Virus record (IMG/VR): IMGVR_UViG_3300046706_000011
Span: 1 to 64,000 of that record
DNA: 64,000 nt
Source: a virus
Strand: one strand, 5' to 3'
Numbering within the stretch: the first letter of the stretch is position 1; every line of letters starts with the position of its first letter. Both the position numbers and the translations under genes were made by a program. Shown piece after piece: positions 36,527 to 46,000 of the stretch. The notes under the pieces were generated by a model that did no database searches, was not told the DNA's origin, and saw only the letters and a program-made list of their open reading frames with translations.

Positions 36527-37794
36527 ACGACACCGACAGGGAAGACGCCGTGACCAAGGGCTCGGCACCGCTGGAGCGCCGGAAGCGGGGCGGGTGGGGC
36601 AGCGTGGTCAACCTGAAGGGGGTCGGCCTGATCGGGGCCGTCCTCGCCACCGGAGGCGTGGGCCTGTGGGCGGCCTGGGGCGTCCACGGGGAGGAGGAGC
36701 CGAAGACGGTGGAAGCGAAGATCAATTCCGTGCCGTTCAACGCGGCGACCGCCCGTCCGATGCTGCCGCCCCCGATGGCGACCTCGGCGGAACCGGGGGC
36801 GTTGCCCCCCGCCGCCGGCCGCCCGGAGGACCGAGGGGGAGGGCGCGCGCCGCCGCCGCCCAAGCCGCCGCCGCCGCCCGTCCCGCGCCAGAACCGCCCG
36901 AAGTCCCTGGTGGCGGCGCCGGGGAACTGGGGGTCCGGGGCCACGCAGGCGACGGCGGTCTCACAGGCCCAGGCCGGGCGGGCGCGGGGTCGAGGCATGG
37001 ACGACGACGGGAACGACGACGGGGCCGCGATGGGATATTCCGGCGACGGCGAGGGAATGGACGACGGGGACGGTCACGGCGGCAGCCTGCGGTCCGAGCG
37101 GCGGCCAAGCGCCCCGGAGCGCGGGCGGGCCGGAAAGGAGCGGTTCTTCCGGGGCGAAGGGATGGGCGGGACGGCGCTCGACGTCCCCGGCGAGCTTCTT
37201 CCCGAGGTGGGCGGCTGCGTCCTGAAATCGGAGGAGTTCATCCCGGTCCAGGCCGAGCGGTTCACCAGCACCGCGCTGCCGGGCCGCATCCGGGTCCGCA
37301 TCCCGCAGCCGGTCATGGGCCAGCACTTCCTCGGGAACGGGCGGGTCGAGGCGTGCGAGGCGATCCCGGCGTTCTCGACGATGTCGCTGGCGATCAACAC
37401 GGCCGGGACGGCGCGCGGCGACACGCGGGTCCAGGCCTGCGCGCTGCGCCTGGACCTGAACGGCGGGGGGCGGCGGGTCCTGGGTTGCCAGCCGTCCCAC
37501 GGCGGGGATGGGGCCGGCGGCATCGAGGCCGGGGTGGACTACGACCTGACCGGCCTGGGGGCGGCGATCCTGCTCGATGCGACGATGTCGGTCATAAATT
37601 CGCTCGGGGACCTGATCGCGGGCATTCCGGGCATCGCGCTCCAGGTCGGCGGCGAGCGGGTGGGTGCGATGGGAGACGAGATCATCCGGCAGGAGTTCGA
37701 GCGCCCCCCGACACTAACGATAGAGGCTGGTGCGTTGTTCGGAATTCAGCTAAATGCTGACCTGTCAATGCCACTGCGCAGGCGAGTCCGCTGA
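36523..37794 (+). CDS. trbI: TrbI/VirB10
   Basis: TM, Pro-rich linker, STALPG, DGAGG, PPTLTIEAG..GIQLNADL. Confidence 0.85.
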   Translation: MNDTDREDAVTKGSAPLERRKRGGWGSVVNLKGVGLIGAVLATGGVGLWAAWGVHGEEEPKTVEAKINSVPFNAATARPMLPPPMATSAEPGALPPAAGRPEDRGGGRAPPPPKPPPPPVPRQNRPKSLVAAPGNWGSGATQATAVSQAQAGRARGRGMDDDGNDDGAAMGYSGDGEGMDDGDGHGGSLRSERRPSAPERGRAGKERFFRGEGMGGTALDVPGELLPEVGGCVLKSEEFIPVQAERFTSTALPGRIRVRIPQPVMGQHFLGNGRVEACEAIPAFSTMSLAINTAGTARGDTRVQACALRLDLNGGGRRVLGCQPSHGGDGAGGIEAGVDYDLTGLGAAILLDATMSVINSLGDLIAGIPGIALQVGGERVGAMGDEIIRQEFERPPTLTIEAGALFGIQLNADLSMPLRRRVR

Positions 37795-38142
37795 ATGCCC
37801 CGGAGAACCGGAAAGATCACCGCCGATACGTCGTTCACGGGATTGCCGAGGGAGATGATCGACGCCGCCCTTGAGATTGCGGACAAGGAGTGGACCTACC
37901 CGAAATATGTATACGCGGACGCCATCCAGGAGTTGATCGACCGGCTGGACCGGGGCGAGGTGATCCAATGGCCCGCGTCTCGACCGAACACGGGGAAGAG
38001 GCCCTACCATGTCCGGATCGATGTCGGGCTGATCAATCGGCTTCGTGAGACGTGCGAGAAACACAACGTCCGAAAGAACATCTTCTTCCTGGTTGCGCTG
38101 CGGGAGCACCTGAACCGCAACGGGTACCGCTTCGAGACTTGA
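37795..38142 (+). CDS. Tandem RHH DNA-binding protein
   Basis: Two strand-helix-helix units (TSFTGLPREM.. and YHVRIDVGLINRL..ALREHL). Confidence 0.6.
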   Translation: MPRRTGKITADTSFTGLPREMIDAALEIADKEWTYPKYVYADAIQELIDRLDRGEVIQWPASRPNTGKRPYHVRIDVGLINRLRETCEKHNVRKNIFFLVALREHLNRNGYRFET

Positions 38143-38167
38143 CCGGGACCGGTCGCCCCTGAGCGGT

Positions 38168-38383
38168 TCAGCCCGGCCCGGGGCGGACCGCGAGACGGCG
38201 TCGGATGCGGCGGGGGGGCCGGTTCTCCCACCGGTCGAGCCAGCCGTCCACCGCGACGCCGACCCGGAAGGACAGCAGGCACACCAGCGCCGCCATGCCG
38301 GCGTCGATGCCGGGCCTCAGGGACGGATCGACCTTCCAGGCCGTGCCGGCGACGGCGAGGGCGAACACCAAGACCAAATACAT
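38168..38383 (-). CDS. Small two-TM protein
   Basis: AGGAG RBS; hydrophobic segments. Confidence 0.55.
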   Translation of the reverse strand: MYLVLVFALAVAGTAWKVDPSLRPGIDAGMAALVCLLSFRVGVAVDGWLDRWENRPPRRIRRRLAVRPGPG

Positions 38384-38667
38384 AACGGCTCTCCTAAGGT
38401 CATATATCGAACGTTTGCGGTGGCGTTCAAACTGGAGTACAATGTAACCCACGGCGGGCCGGCGGGCGAACGAAATCCCTCGCGCAGGGGTGGACACAAA
38501 GTTGCCGCATTTGCTAAGGGAAGACGGATCGGAAGAATATTCGGTGACGGAGGAAGAAATGGTCCTGAATGGACGCCAATTGAGAAGACTTTTCAACACA
38601 GACGGTATAGTTGGAAACCTGTCCGGACCGGGCGAATTCAGGACCGGGAACCTCGGAGGCCTGCGGC

Positions 38668-39357
38668 ATGGCTGACGACGCGCCGGGAGGCGACCCGTTC
38701 GAGGACGGCGACGACGGGGGGTACATCCGGATCGAGGGCAGGGTCCCCAGCGTGGAGGACCGCGAGAAGATCGGGGCGGCGGCGGCGGCCATGGGAATGA
38801 GCAAGTGGCGCTTCGTCGGCCTCGCGGCGCTGGAACGGGCGACCGGGACGAGCCTGGACCCGGCCCGCCTTGAGCACGTCCTGGCGATCCAGGAATACGT
38901 CGAGGTCACCGGCCGAGCGCTGGTCCGGGGACTTGATGCCGTCCGGCGCGAGCTGGCGCTGTCCTCGACCGTCAGCGCCGGGCAGCACGACAAGATCCAC
39001 GTCCGGCTGGGGCGGGCGCTGGACGCGCTTGAGGACGCGCGCCAACAGCTCGACGCATCGATGGCCGCGCACGCCCGCACCCAGGAGCTGCTTCTCGGGA
39101 AGGAGACCCTGGTCGCGAAGCAGGCGCAGCACAACGGCGACCTGCTGGAGATCCTGCTGGAACGCCTGCCGAAGGCTGGCATCCCCGAGGCGGGGGGGCG
39201 GTATTCCTCGGCGCTGGCATCCACCGCCAGCCGCTTGGCGGAGCTCGTGAAGCAGTCGGACGGGAACTTCCGGCCTGCCTCGGCGGCGAGGTCGGACGAC
39301 GGGGCCGACGGGTGCGTGGGTTGCCCGATGGCGACGCTGTCAACAACCGCCAGCTAA
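38668..39357 (+). CDS. RHH-like N-terminus plus coiled coil (MobC-like)
   Basis: IRIEGRV..EDREKIGAAAAAMGMSKWRFV..AAL; GGAGG RBS. Confidence 0.55.
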   Translation: MADDAPGGDPFEDGDDGGYIRIEGRVPSVEDREKIGAAAAAMGMSKWRFVGLAALERATGTSLDPARLEHVLAIQEYVEVTGRALVRGLDAVRRELALSSTVSAGQHDKIHVRLGRALDALEDARQQLDASMAAHARTQELLLGKETLVAKQAQHNGDLLEILLERLPKAGIPEAGGRYSSALASTASRLAELVKQSDGNFRPASAARSDDGADGCVGCPMATLSTTAS

Positions 39358-39416
39358 AGCAGGCGGCTTGTGAACTGAACCGTCGCGCACCTTTGCGCAC
39401 AAATTAGAAGGCAGCC

Positions 39417-40049
39417 ATGGAAGACATCGCCCAAGAAAAGAAGCCGAGGCGGGGCCGGCGTCGGGGCCGCGTGGCCGACCCTGGGGGTCCGGGGGACGAT
39501 GCCAAGACCACGCAGACCACGACGATGCCGCGCTCCTTCTACTACGGCTTCGTCGTGCCCTACCTCGCCAAGAGGGCCGAGGCGGGGCTGCCGTCCACTT
39601 GGAACTGGCTGTCGATCGAGGCCGTGAGGCAGTTCATCGAGGACGACGACGGGGAGCCGGGGCCGGCTCCCGAGGCCGTCCACAACACGGACCGGCGGTT
39701 CGCGACCCTGGAGCACGGCGGCGTGGCGCGCACGGTCTCGGAGTGGTCCAAGGTCCGGGGCATCCCCCGCCAGAAGATCCTCGCCCGGATGTCCCGGGGC
39801 TGGACCAGCGCCCAGGTGCTCGGCCTGGAGGAGGCGCCGACCCAGGCGAGGACGCTCACCGTCAACGGGGAGCGGGGCACCCTCGCGCACTGGACGAGCC
39901 GGTATCCGGTCAGTGCCGATCAGGTCAAGTATCGGCTCCGGCACGGCTGGAGCGACGAGGACGCGGTCCTGACGCCCCCCGGCGAACCCAGGGGGACGCG
40001 GGCGGCGTGGTCGCCGGCCGACATCAAGGCCTCCGGGGACGGCGCCTAG
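39417..40049 (+). CDS. Protein with two repeats of an HNH-endonuclease-associated DNA-binding module, no nuclease domain
   Basis: TLEHGGVARTVSEWS..GI...ARMSRGWT and LTVNGERGTLAHWT...YRLRHGWS. Confidence 0.6.
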   Translation: MEDIAQEKKPRRGRRRGRVADPGGPGDDAKTTQTTTMPRSFYYGFVVPYLAKRAEAGLPSTWNWLSIEAVRQFIEDDDGEPGPAPEAVHNTDRRFATLEHGGVARTVSEWSKVRGIPRQKILARMSRGWTSAQVLGLEEAPTQARTLTVNGERGTLAHWTSRYPVSADQVKYRLRHGWSDEDAVLTPPGEPRGTRAAWSPADIKASGDGA

Positions 40050-40255
40050 TCGTCCGAGTTCAGGATGCGGGTGTTCTCCTCGATCCGGCGCGTGAACCGC
40101 TCAAGGTCCTTCGCGGTGGGCTGGCGCCCCTCCTCCTGCATCGTCTCCAGTTCCCGCCGCCATTCGTCGTAGGAGCGCTTCGCGTGCGGGTAGGCCTTCA
40201 GCGCGGCGATGGTCAGGTCCATGGCGCCGAGGATCAGGGCGACGGGGACGGTCAT
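40046..40255 (-). CDS. Small lysis-cassette protein
   Basis: Hydrophobic N-terminus and charged helix; ATGA coupling. Confidence 0.55.
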   Translation of the reverse strand: MTVPVALILGAMDLTIAALKAYPHAKRSYDEWRRELETMQEEGRQPTAKDLERFTRRIEENTRILNSDD

Positions 40256-40713
40256 GGGGCGGGTTCCTTCTCCGGGCCGTTCTCCGGGCCGTCCTCCAGG
40301 TCGGCGACGACCTTGGCCTCCAGGTCGGCGCGCAGGCTGTCCAGCTCCTCGGTCACGCTCGCCAGGAAAGCGTCGTCGCCCTGGTCGAGCGCCATGTCCC
40401 CGAGTTCCTTCCAGCCGAGCGCCTCGTCGTTGACGCCCCTCAGGTCCAGGACGACCGCCCGGCACCGGGACTGGAGGGCCTTGGGCTTGCGCGAGCAGTC
40501 GCGCCGGTACTCCGCCGCGGCGGCGAGGGCGGCGTCGTAGGCGGCGACCGCCGTGTACCACGACTCGCGCGGGGTCCGCGGGGCCGGCGGGGCGGCGGCG
40601 CAGCCGGCCACCAGCAGGAAGACGGCGCAGGCGACGGCCAGGGCGAGCAGCGCCCACGGGGCGCTTCGGTCGGGCTCTCTCACGGGGGCCTCCGGGTTCG
40701 GGCGGGACGGCAT
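40252..40713 (-). CDS. Lipoprotein, possible spanin component
   Basis: VAGC lipobox; directly downstream of the endolysin. Confidence 0.6.
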   Translation of the reverse strand: MPSRPNPEAPVREPDRSAPWALLALAVACAVFLLVAGCAAAPPAPRTPRESWYTAVAAYDAALAAAAEYRRDCSRKPKALQSRCRAVVLDLRGVNDEALGWKELGDMALDQGDDAFLASVTEELDSLRADLEAKVVADLEDGPENGPEKEPAP

Positions 40714-41528
40714 CAATACTCCGGATAGTCCGGGTAGGCCGGGCGAGGCGGCGGGTACGGCGACCGGTTGCGCGTGAAGTAGGCCGCGAGGTAGGCGGTG
40801 CCGGTGGACGCGAGGGACGCGAAGAAGATCGCGGTCTCGGCGTCCATGGGGGTCTCGGGCATCCACTTGTCCCACAGGGCCTTGGCGACCCACGCGACCG
40901 GGACGCCCGCGAGGCCGCCCAGCGGGATGGCCTTGACCTTGCGCGTGGGCTCCGACGACGGCTGGTCCACGAGCGGCGGGACCGGGCGCTCCCCGGTCAC
41001 GGGGTCCGATGCGGCCACGGCCGGTGACGGTGAGGGGGCCGGGGCCGGCACCCCGGGGACCGGCCGCGGGGCGGGGCGGGGCGGGGCCTCGTTCGACCCG
41101 CCGTAGGCCGCGTTGACCGCCGTCAGGATGGTCTCGTTGTCGTAGGGCACCGACCCGCACTCGACGCGGATCATCGCCGTGACGAGGGCGGCGAGCACGG
41201 ACGGGTTCTCCAGGTCGAGCGCGTCCTCGGCGGCGACGCCGAGCGCCGCGCAGACGCTGGAGACGTAGGCCCCGGTGTCGTTGTCGTCCTCCGGCGGCGC
41301 CCACCGGGAGACGATGCCCTGGACGGTGCACAGCTTGTATTTCCGGTGGTAGGTCAGCAGGTTCCGGGCGCCGGCCCGGATGCCGTGGTGCGCATCGACG
41401 AAGGACAGGAACTCGGCGTCGGCCTGGACCGGGGAGAGACCCTGCCAGCGGTCGGATGACTTCCTCAGGTTGAGCGGGTTCTGATTCCTTATACCCCTAG
41501 GGATGCCCTTGGTCTGGTATGCTTTCAA
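40713..41528 (-). CDS. Endolysin (lysozyme-like) with Pro-rich linker and C-terminal TM helices
   Basis: RGIRNQNPLNL, GIRA, IVSRWAPP..NDTGAY, AMIRVECG; TTG start after GGAGG. Confidence 0.8.
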   Translation of the reverse strand: MKAYQTKGIPRGIRNQNPLNLRKSSDRWQGLSPVQADAEFLSFVDAHHGIRAGARNLLTYHRKYKLCTVQGIVSRWAPPEDDNDTGAYVSSVCAALGVAAEDALDLENPSVLAALVTAMIRVECGSVPYDNETILTAVNAAYGGSNEAPPRPAPRPVPGVPAPAPSPSPAVAASDPVTGERPVPPLVDQPSSEPTRKVKAIPLGGLAGVPVAWVAKALWDKWMPETPMDAETAIFFASLASTGTAYLAAYFTRNRSPYPPPRPAYPDYPEY

Positions 41529-42037
41529 CGGACGTACCTCCGGAGCCCGATGCCGTCCGCCCTTCGGTCGATGAGGAAGGGCACGTCGGGCGGGTCCACG
41601 ATGATGGGGAAGATCCTTTGCAGCGGGTTGCACGCGAAGGTCATGCGGATGCGGTAGGCTCCCGCGCCGTCATGGAGGTCGGGGGGCACCGGGATCGAGA
41701 CCCGCCACGTCATGACCTTCCCGATGTTGGACGCGGGCTCGGGCGGGTGGACGGCGCTCGCGAGCTGCGTGATGTAGCCGTCGATGATCCACCGGTAGGA
41801 GAAGCCGTCGCACAGCCTGAGGCGCCGGCCCGTCCACTCGACCAGGACCGTGGCGGCGCCGTCGTCGCGGACATCGACCGAGATGGCGCGGCCCACCATG
41901 TTCTCGATGGGGGGCTCGTCGTCGGCGGCCCAGGCCGCGAACAGCACCGCCAGCCCCGCGAGGGCGGCGAACAGCAGCGGGGCGAGGACCTGGAACCGGC
42001 GTTCCGCGTACCCGATGCCCCTGGGACAAGCGGTCAT
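41525..42037 (-). CDS. Membrane-anchored protein, paralog 2
   Basis: RFQVLAPLL..RWIIDGYIT..CNPLQRIFP shared with the upstream gene. Confidence 0.75.
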   Translation of the reverse strand: MTACPRGIGYAERRFQVLAPLLFAALAGLAVLFAAWAADDEPPIENMVGRAISVDVRDDGAATVLVEWTGRRLRLCDGFSYRWIIDGYITQLASAVHPPEPASNIGKVMTWRVSIPVPPDLHDGAGAYRIRMTFACNPLQRIFPIIVDPPDVPFLIDRRADGIGLRRYVR

Positions 42038-42603
42038 CGCGGTCGGCTCGACCGGTCGATCGCGAACGGCACGTCGGGCGGGTCGATGACGATGGGGAAG
42101 ATCCTTTGCAGCGGGTTGCACGTGTACTCGACGTGGACCCGGTAGACGCCGACGTCATGGAAGTCCTTCGGGACGGTTATGGGGACCCTCCACCGGATGA
42201 CCTGCCCGATCTCGCCGACTTGGGGCGGCGGGTACTGGATGTCCGGCAGGGGGGTTATGTACCCGTCGATGATCCACCGGACGGAGTTTCCGTGGCAGAG
42301 GCGCCGCCGGATCGCCATCCACTCGACGACCAGCCTGGCCGAGCCGTCCGGGGCGACCTCGGCGGAGACGACCTTGCCGGTCATGTTCTCCACGGGCGGG
42401 CTGGAGTCGAGCGCCCAGTAGGCGAACAGGCCGGAGAGCATCGCGAAGGCGCTGAGCAGCAGCGGGGCAAGGAACCGGAAGCGATGCTCGCCCCGGCCCA
42501 GGACCGGGACGTCCTTCGCCTCGGCCGGGGGATCGCCCGCGGGCAAGCCGGCGGGATGGGTGGGAAGGTCGGCGGGATGGGTGTGACCGGTTGGATCGCT
42601 CAT
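42034..42603 (-). CDS. Membrane-anchored protein, paralog 1
   Basis: RFRFLAPLL..RWIIDGYIT..CNPLQRIFP. Confidence 0.75.
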   Translation of the reverse strand: MSDPTGHTHPADLPTHPAGLPAGDPPAEAKDVPVLGRGEHRFRFLAPLLLSAFAMLSGLFAYWALDSSPPVENMTGKVVSAEVAPDGSARLVVEWMAIRRRLCHGNSVRWIIDGYITPLPDIQYPPPQVGEIGQVIRWRVPITVPKDFHDVGVYRVHVEYTCNPLQRIFPIVIDPPDVPFAIDRSSRPR

Positions 42604-42944
42604 GGCATCGGGGCTCCCTTGAACAGCAGGGTGACGAGGCTCCCGAGGAACAGGGTGACCAGGACGCCCAACGGCGCCAGCATGTAGGTCTCGATCCTCT
42701 GGAACCGCTTCTCGGACGAGTCGCCGATCTCCCGGAGCTCCTTGTCGTAGTGCTCGCGGATCGCCTTGATCTCGCGGTCGTACTGCTCGCGGATCGCCCG
42801 GCAGTCCCGCTCGTTCTGGTCCCGGCAGGACTTGAGGTCGGCCTCGGCCCGCCGCTCGATCTCCTTCATCCGCCATTGGAGGAGGGAGAACTCGGCGGGT
42901 GACCCGGGGGATATCCCGGACCGGTCGTCGTCTCGGTCTGGCAT
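42600..42944 (-). CDS. Holin-like protein (coiled coil plus C-terminal TM)
   Basis: AIREQYDRE/AIREHYDKE repeat, TM MLAPLGVLVTLFLGSLVTLLF; first gene of the lysis cassette. Confidence 0.5.
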   Translation of the reverse strand: MPDRDDDRSGISPGSPAEFSLLQWRMKEIERRAEADLKSCRDQNERDCRAIREQYDREIKAIREHYDKELREIGDSSEKRFQRIETYMLAPLGVLVTLFLGSLVTLLFKGAPMP

Positions 42945-43017
42945 GGCGCTCTCCGGCCGCGGGGGTGCCCGCGGCCCTCGTGTTCGTCGGGTTGGGACGG
43001 TCCCGCCCGGCCGCCGG

Positions 43018-46000
43018 CTAGGCGACGGTGACCGTCCCGATGGCGTTGCCCAGGACGCAGCCGAACGCCGTCCCGGCCACCAGCTCGATCCGGAAGGTCT
43101 CCCCCGGGTCGGCCGCGGCGTCGGAGGAAACCTGGACGGGGATGTTGACGACCGTGTCGGACGACCCGAACGACACCGTCTGGTCCACGGCGGTATAGTC
43201 GGCGCCGGGGGTCGCGGCATGGGCGACGGTCCGGAAGCGCACCGAGCAGGCGCCGGCCCCGGCCTTGGTGACCGGGACCGTCACGGTGCCCCCCTCCGCC
43301 GCGGACAGCGCGGCCGGGATGCCGACGAGCGGCGGGGGCTCCTCCGGCGGGGGCGCGGCGTAGGCGAGGTTCCCCGACCGCGGGGCGGCGTCGGCGTCGG
43401 GCAGCGCGGCGGTCCACTGGCGGACCGCCTGGACGAGGAGGCTCGCGGGGTTGGCCCCGGTCGGCTCGCCCGCCCCGATGCGCAGCGACGTGACCGTGAG
43501 CGGCGAGGCCGCGCCCGCGACGCCGACCGGGGTCTCGCCCCGCTTGGCGCCCGCGTCGAACAGGGCGAACCGGGCGGCGTGGTCCACGACCAGGAGCGCG
43601 GTGTGCGGGGCGCCCCGGACGTTGGCCCCGCCGACCAGGGTCGGCAGGTCCGCTCCCGCGGTGTGGAGGCGGGCGAGGACCACGCCGCCCTCCACGTTGA
43701 CGACGTCGTTGTCCACGCCGCCGCTGGGGATGTCCTTGGACTGGAAGACGCGCTGGACCGTGGGCACGTCGCGCAGCCGGGCGAACCGGATGCCGAGGCT
43801 GTAGGTCCGCCGCTGGAACCACGTCCCGGTCGCGCGCAGGACGTCGGCGGCGCGCACGGTCTTGGCGGTCGCCCCCGGCGCGGGCACGATGGGCGAGCTG
43901 TACCCGGCGCCCGGCTCGACCTGGAGGTGGGCGACGTCGATGCCCGGCGGTTCGGACGGGGCGCCGAACTCCGCCGTGAAGTCGCCGGAGAACTCGTTCC
44001 CCGCCGCGACCGCGGCGGGGTTGCCCAGGGCGTCGGAGGGGAACAGCTCGATCTCGGCCCCGACCCCGGCCGACCCCGCCTGGGCGCGGTCCATGGAGAC
44101 CGTGTACCATCCGGGAAGGATCGGGTCGGCCTCGACGGCGGCGACGGTGCCGGTGTCGGACAGCACGACCGACCCGGCCCCGGACAGGCCGTAGACGGCC
44201 AGCATCCAGACGTTGTCGATGCCCTTGGTGCGCAGGGTCCAGTACGGGAGGCCGCCGACCGGCCGGACGATGGCCGAGAGCGTGAACTCCCCGGTCGGCA
44301 TGTCGCTGTTCGACGCGGACAGCGCGAGCGTCATCTTGTGCGCGGTCGCGGTCCCGTCGATGCGCCAGCGCAGGGACCGGGTCCCGGTCGGGACCGCCGT
44401 CGCGGTGTCCAGGGCCTTGGTCGATGCCGTCGCGACGAAGCCGGGATCGACGCCGTCGTACAGGCGCTGCTCGGCGGCGGCCGGCTCGACCAGGAGTCCC
44501 GACGCGGCGGGGGTGAGGAAGTGGTGGCGGGGGGCGTTGGCCGCGACCGCCACCCAGGCCCCGGCGGCGTTCCGGGCGCGGGCGGCGCCGCCGCGGGTCA
44601 GGGACCACTCGGCGGGGAGGGCGGCGCCGAACGTGTTCGCCACCGCCGCGACGGGTTCCTGACGGGCGGCGCGCCGCAGCGTGACGGCGCAGCGGCGCGG
44701 CCCCAGCACGGCCCCGGCCGGTCCGATCAGGTCGATGAAGAACGTCCGGTCCGCGGCCGTGGAGCGGGAGGCCAGCGCGACGTCGATCCGCGCCGCGTAG
44801 GACCCCGGCGCGAAGGTGACGGCGCCCCGCGCGCCGACGTAATCGACCCCGGCGACGGCGGTGGCGTCCACGGTGCGCCAGGAGACGCCGGGGCCGGTCG
44901 GCACCCCGGTCAGGCCGACGACCAGCGCGACGGTGGTCTCGGACGGCGGGACGGCGCGGGTCGGCTGGATGTCCAGGGCCGGCCGCACCACCTCCCGCCC
45001 CGCGGCGGACAGGTCGGTCGAGAACACCCGGGCCTCCGGGCCGGACAGGGACCGACGCCAGTACTTGAGCCGCCGGAGGACCACGGCCCCGGCGTTCGCG
45101 CCGGACGGCTCCGCGCCGATCCGCAGGGCCGACAGGCTCGACGGGACGGCCCCGGCGCTGTCGGTGGCGAGCACCGTCCCGTCGCTCACGAGCCGGAACT
45201 CGTCGGGTCCGGCGACGACGACGACGGTCCGTTCCGAGCGCACGGCGGGGGACGGCCCGCTGAGTTGCGCCGAGAGGTTGACCTGCCCCGCCGCCGCCCC
45301 CGCGGTCGCGGCGGTGAAGGTCAGGCCGGTGGGTTCCTGGCGCAGGTCCAGCAGGTCCGGGCCGAAGCCGCTCAGGATGGCGGTCGGGGCGTCCGACAGG
45401 GGGGTGTACTGGAGGCCGAAGGTCTTCGCCCCCGGCCCCAGCCAGTCCGGGGCGCAGGCCAGCGCGTCGGGCGCGCGGGTGACGGCGACCGTCCCGTCGG
45501 TGAGGATCGGCGAGGTGCAGTCCGGGCCGATCTCGGCGCCGAGGTAGGCGACCAGGATGCCCGACGTCCCGTCGCCCGCGTGGCTGCGCGTCCCGGACGC
45601 CGGCAGGAGCAGGAGGTTGCAGGCCGGGGCGGTGGTCCCGGCTTGGTAGGCCATGGTCATGCGCAGTTCCCAGAACCCGTCCCGGTCGGGCTCCAGGGAC
45701 GCCGCGACCCGGCTTCCGCCGGGCGTCGCGGCCCCGCCCCCGGCGGTCGTGAACAGGACGGTGGCGGTGGTGTTGGTCCGGTCGGTCAGGATGAACAGGC
45801 CGGTCTCGTACTGGGGGCCGAAGAACCGGAAGACGAACCGGAAGCTGACGGTCGCGTTGTCGCCGATCGGCGACATCAGCGCGGAACCGGAGGGCAGGCC
45901 GAAGCCGTGCTCCGCGGCGGCGGTCGTCGGGACGATCCGGGTGGCCCCGAGCCCGAACGGCGTCTGGACGGCGGGGTCGGTGCCGGCTGTGGCGGCGACC

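Noticed and set aside
41525-42603. Near-identical segments (about 41580-41635 and 42067-42122) as DGR repeats
   Set aside because: Both lie in intact paralogous genes, the differences are not adenine-specific, and no RT is present.
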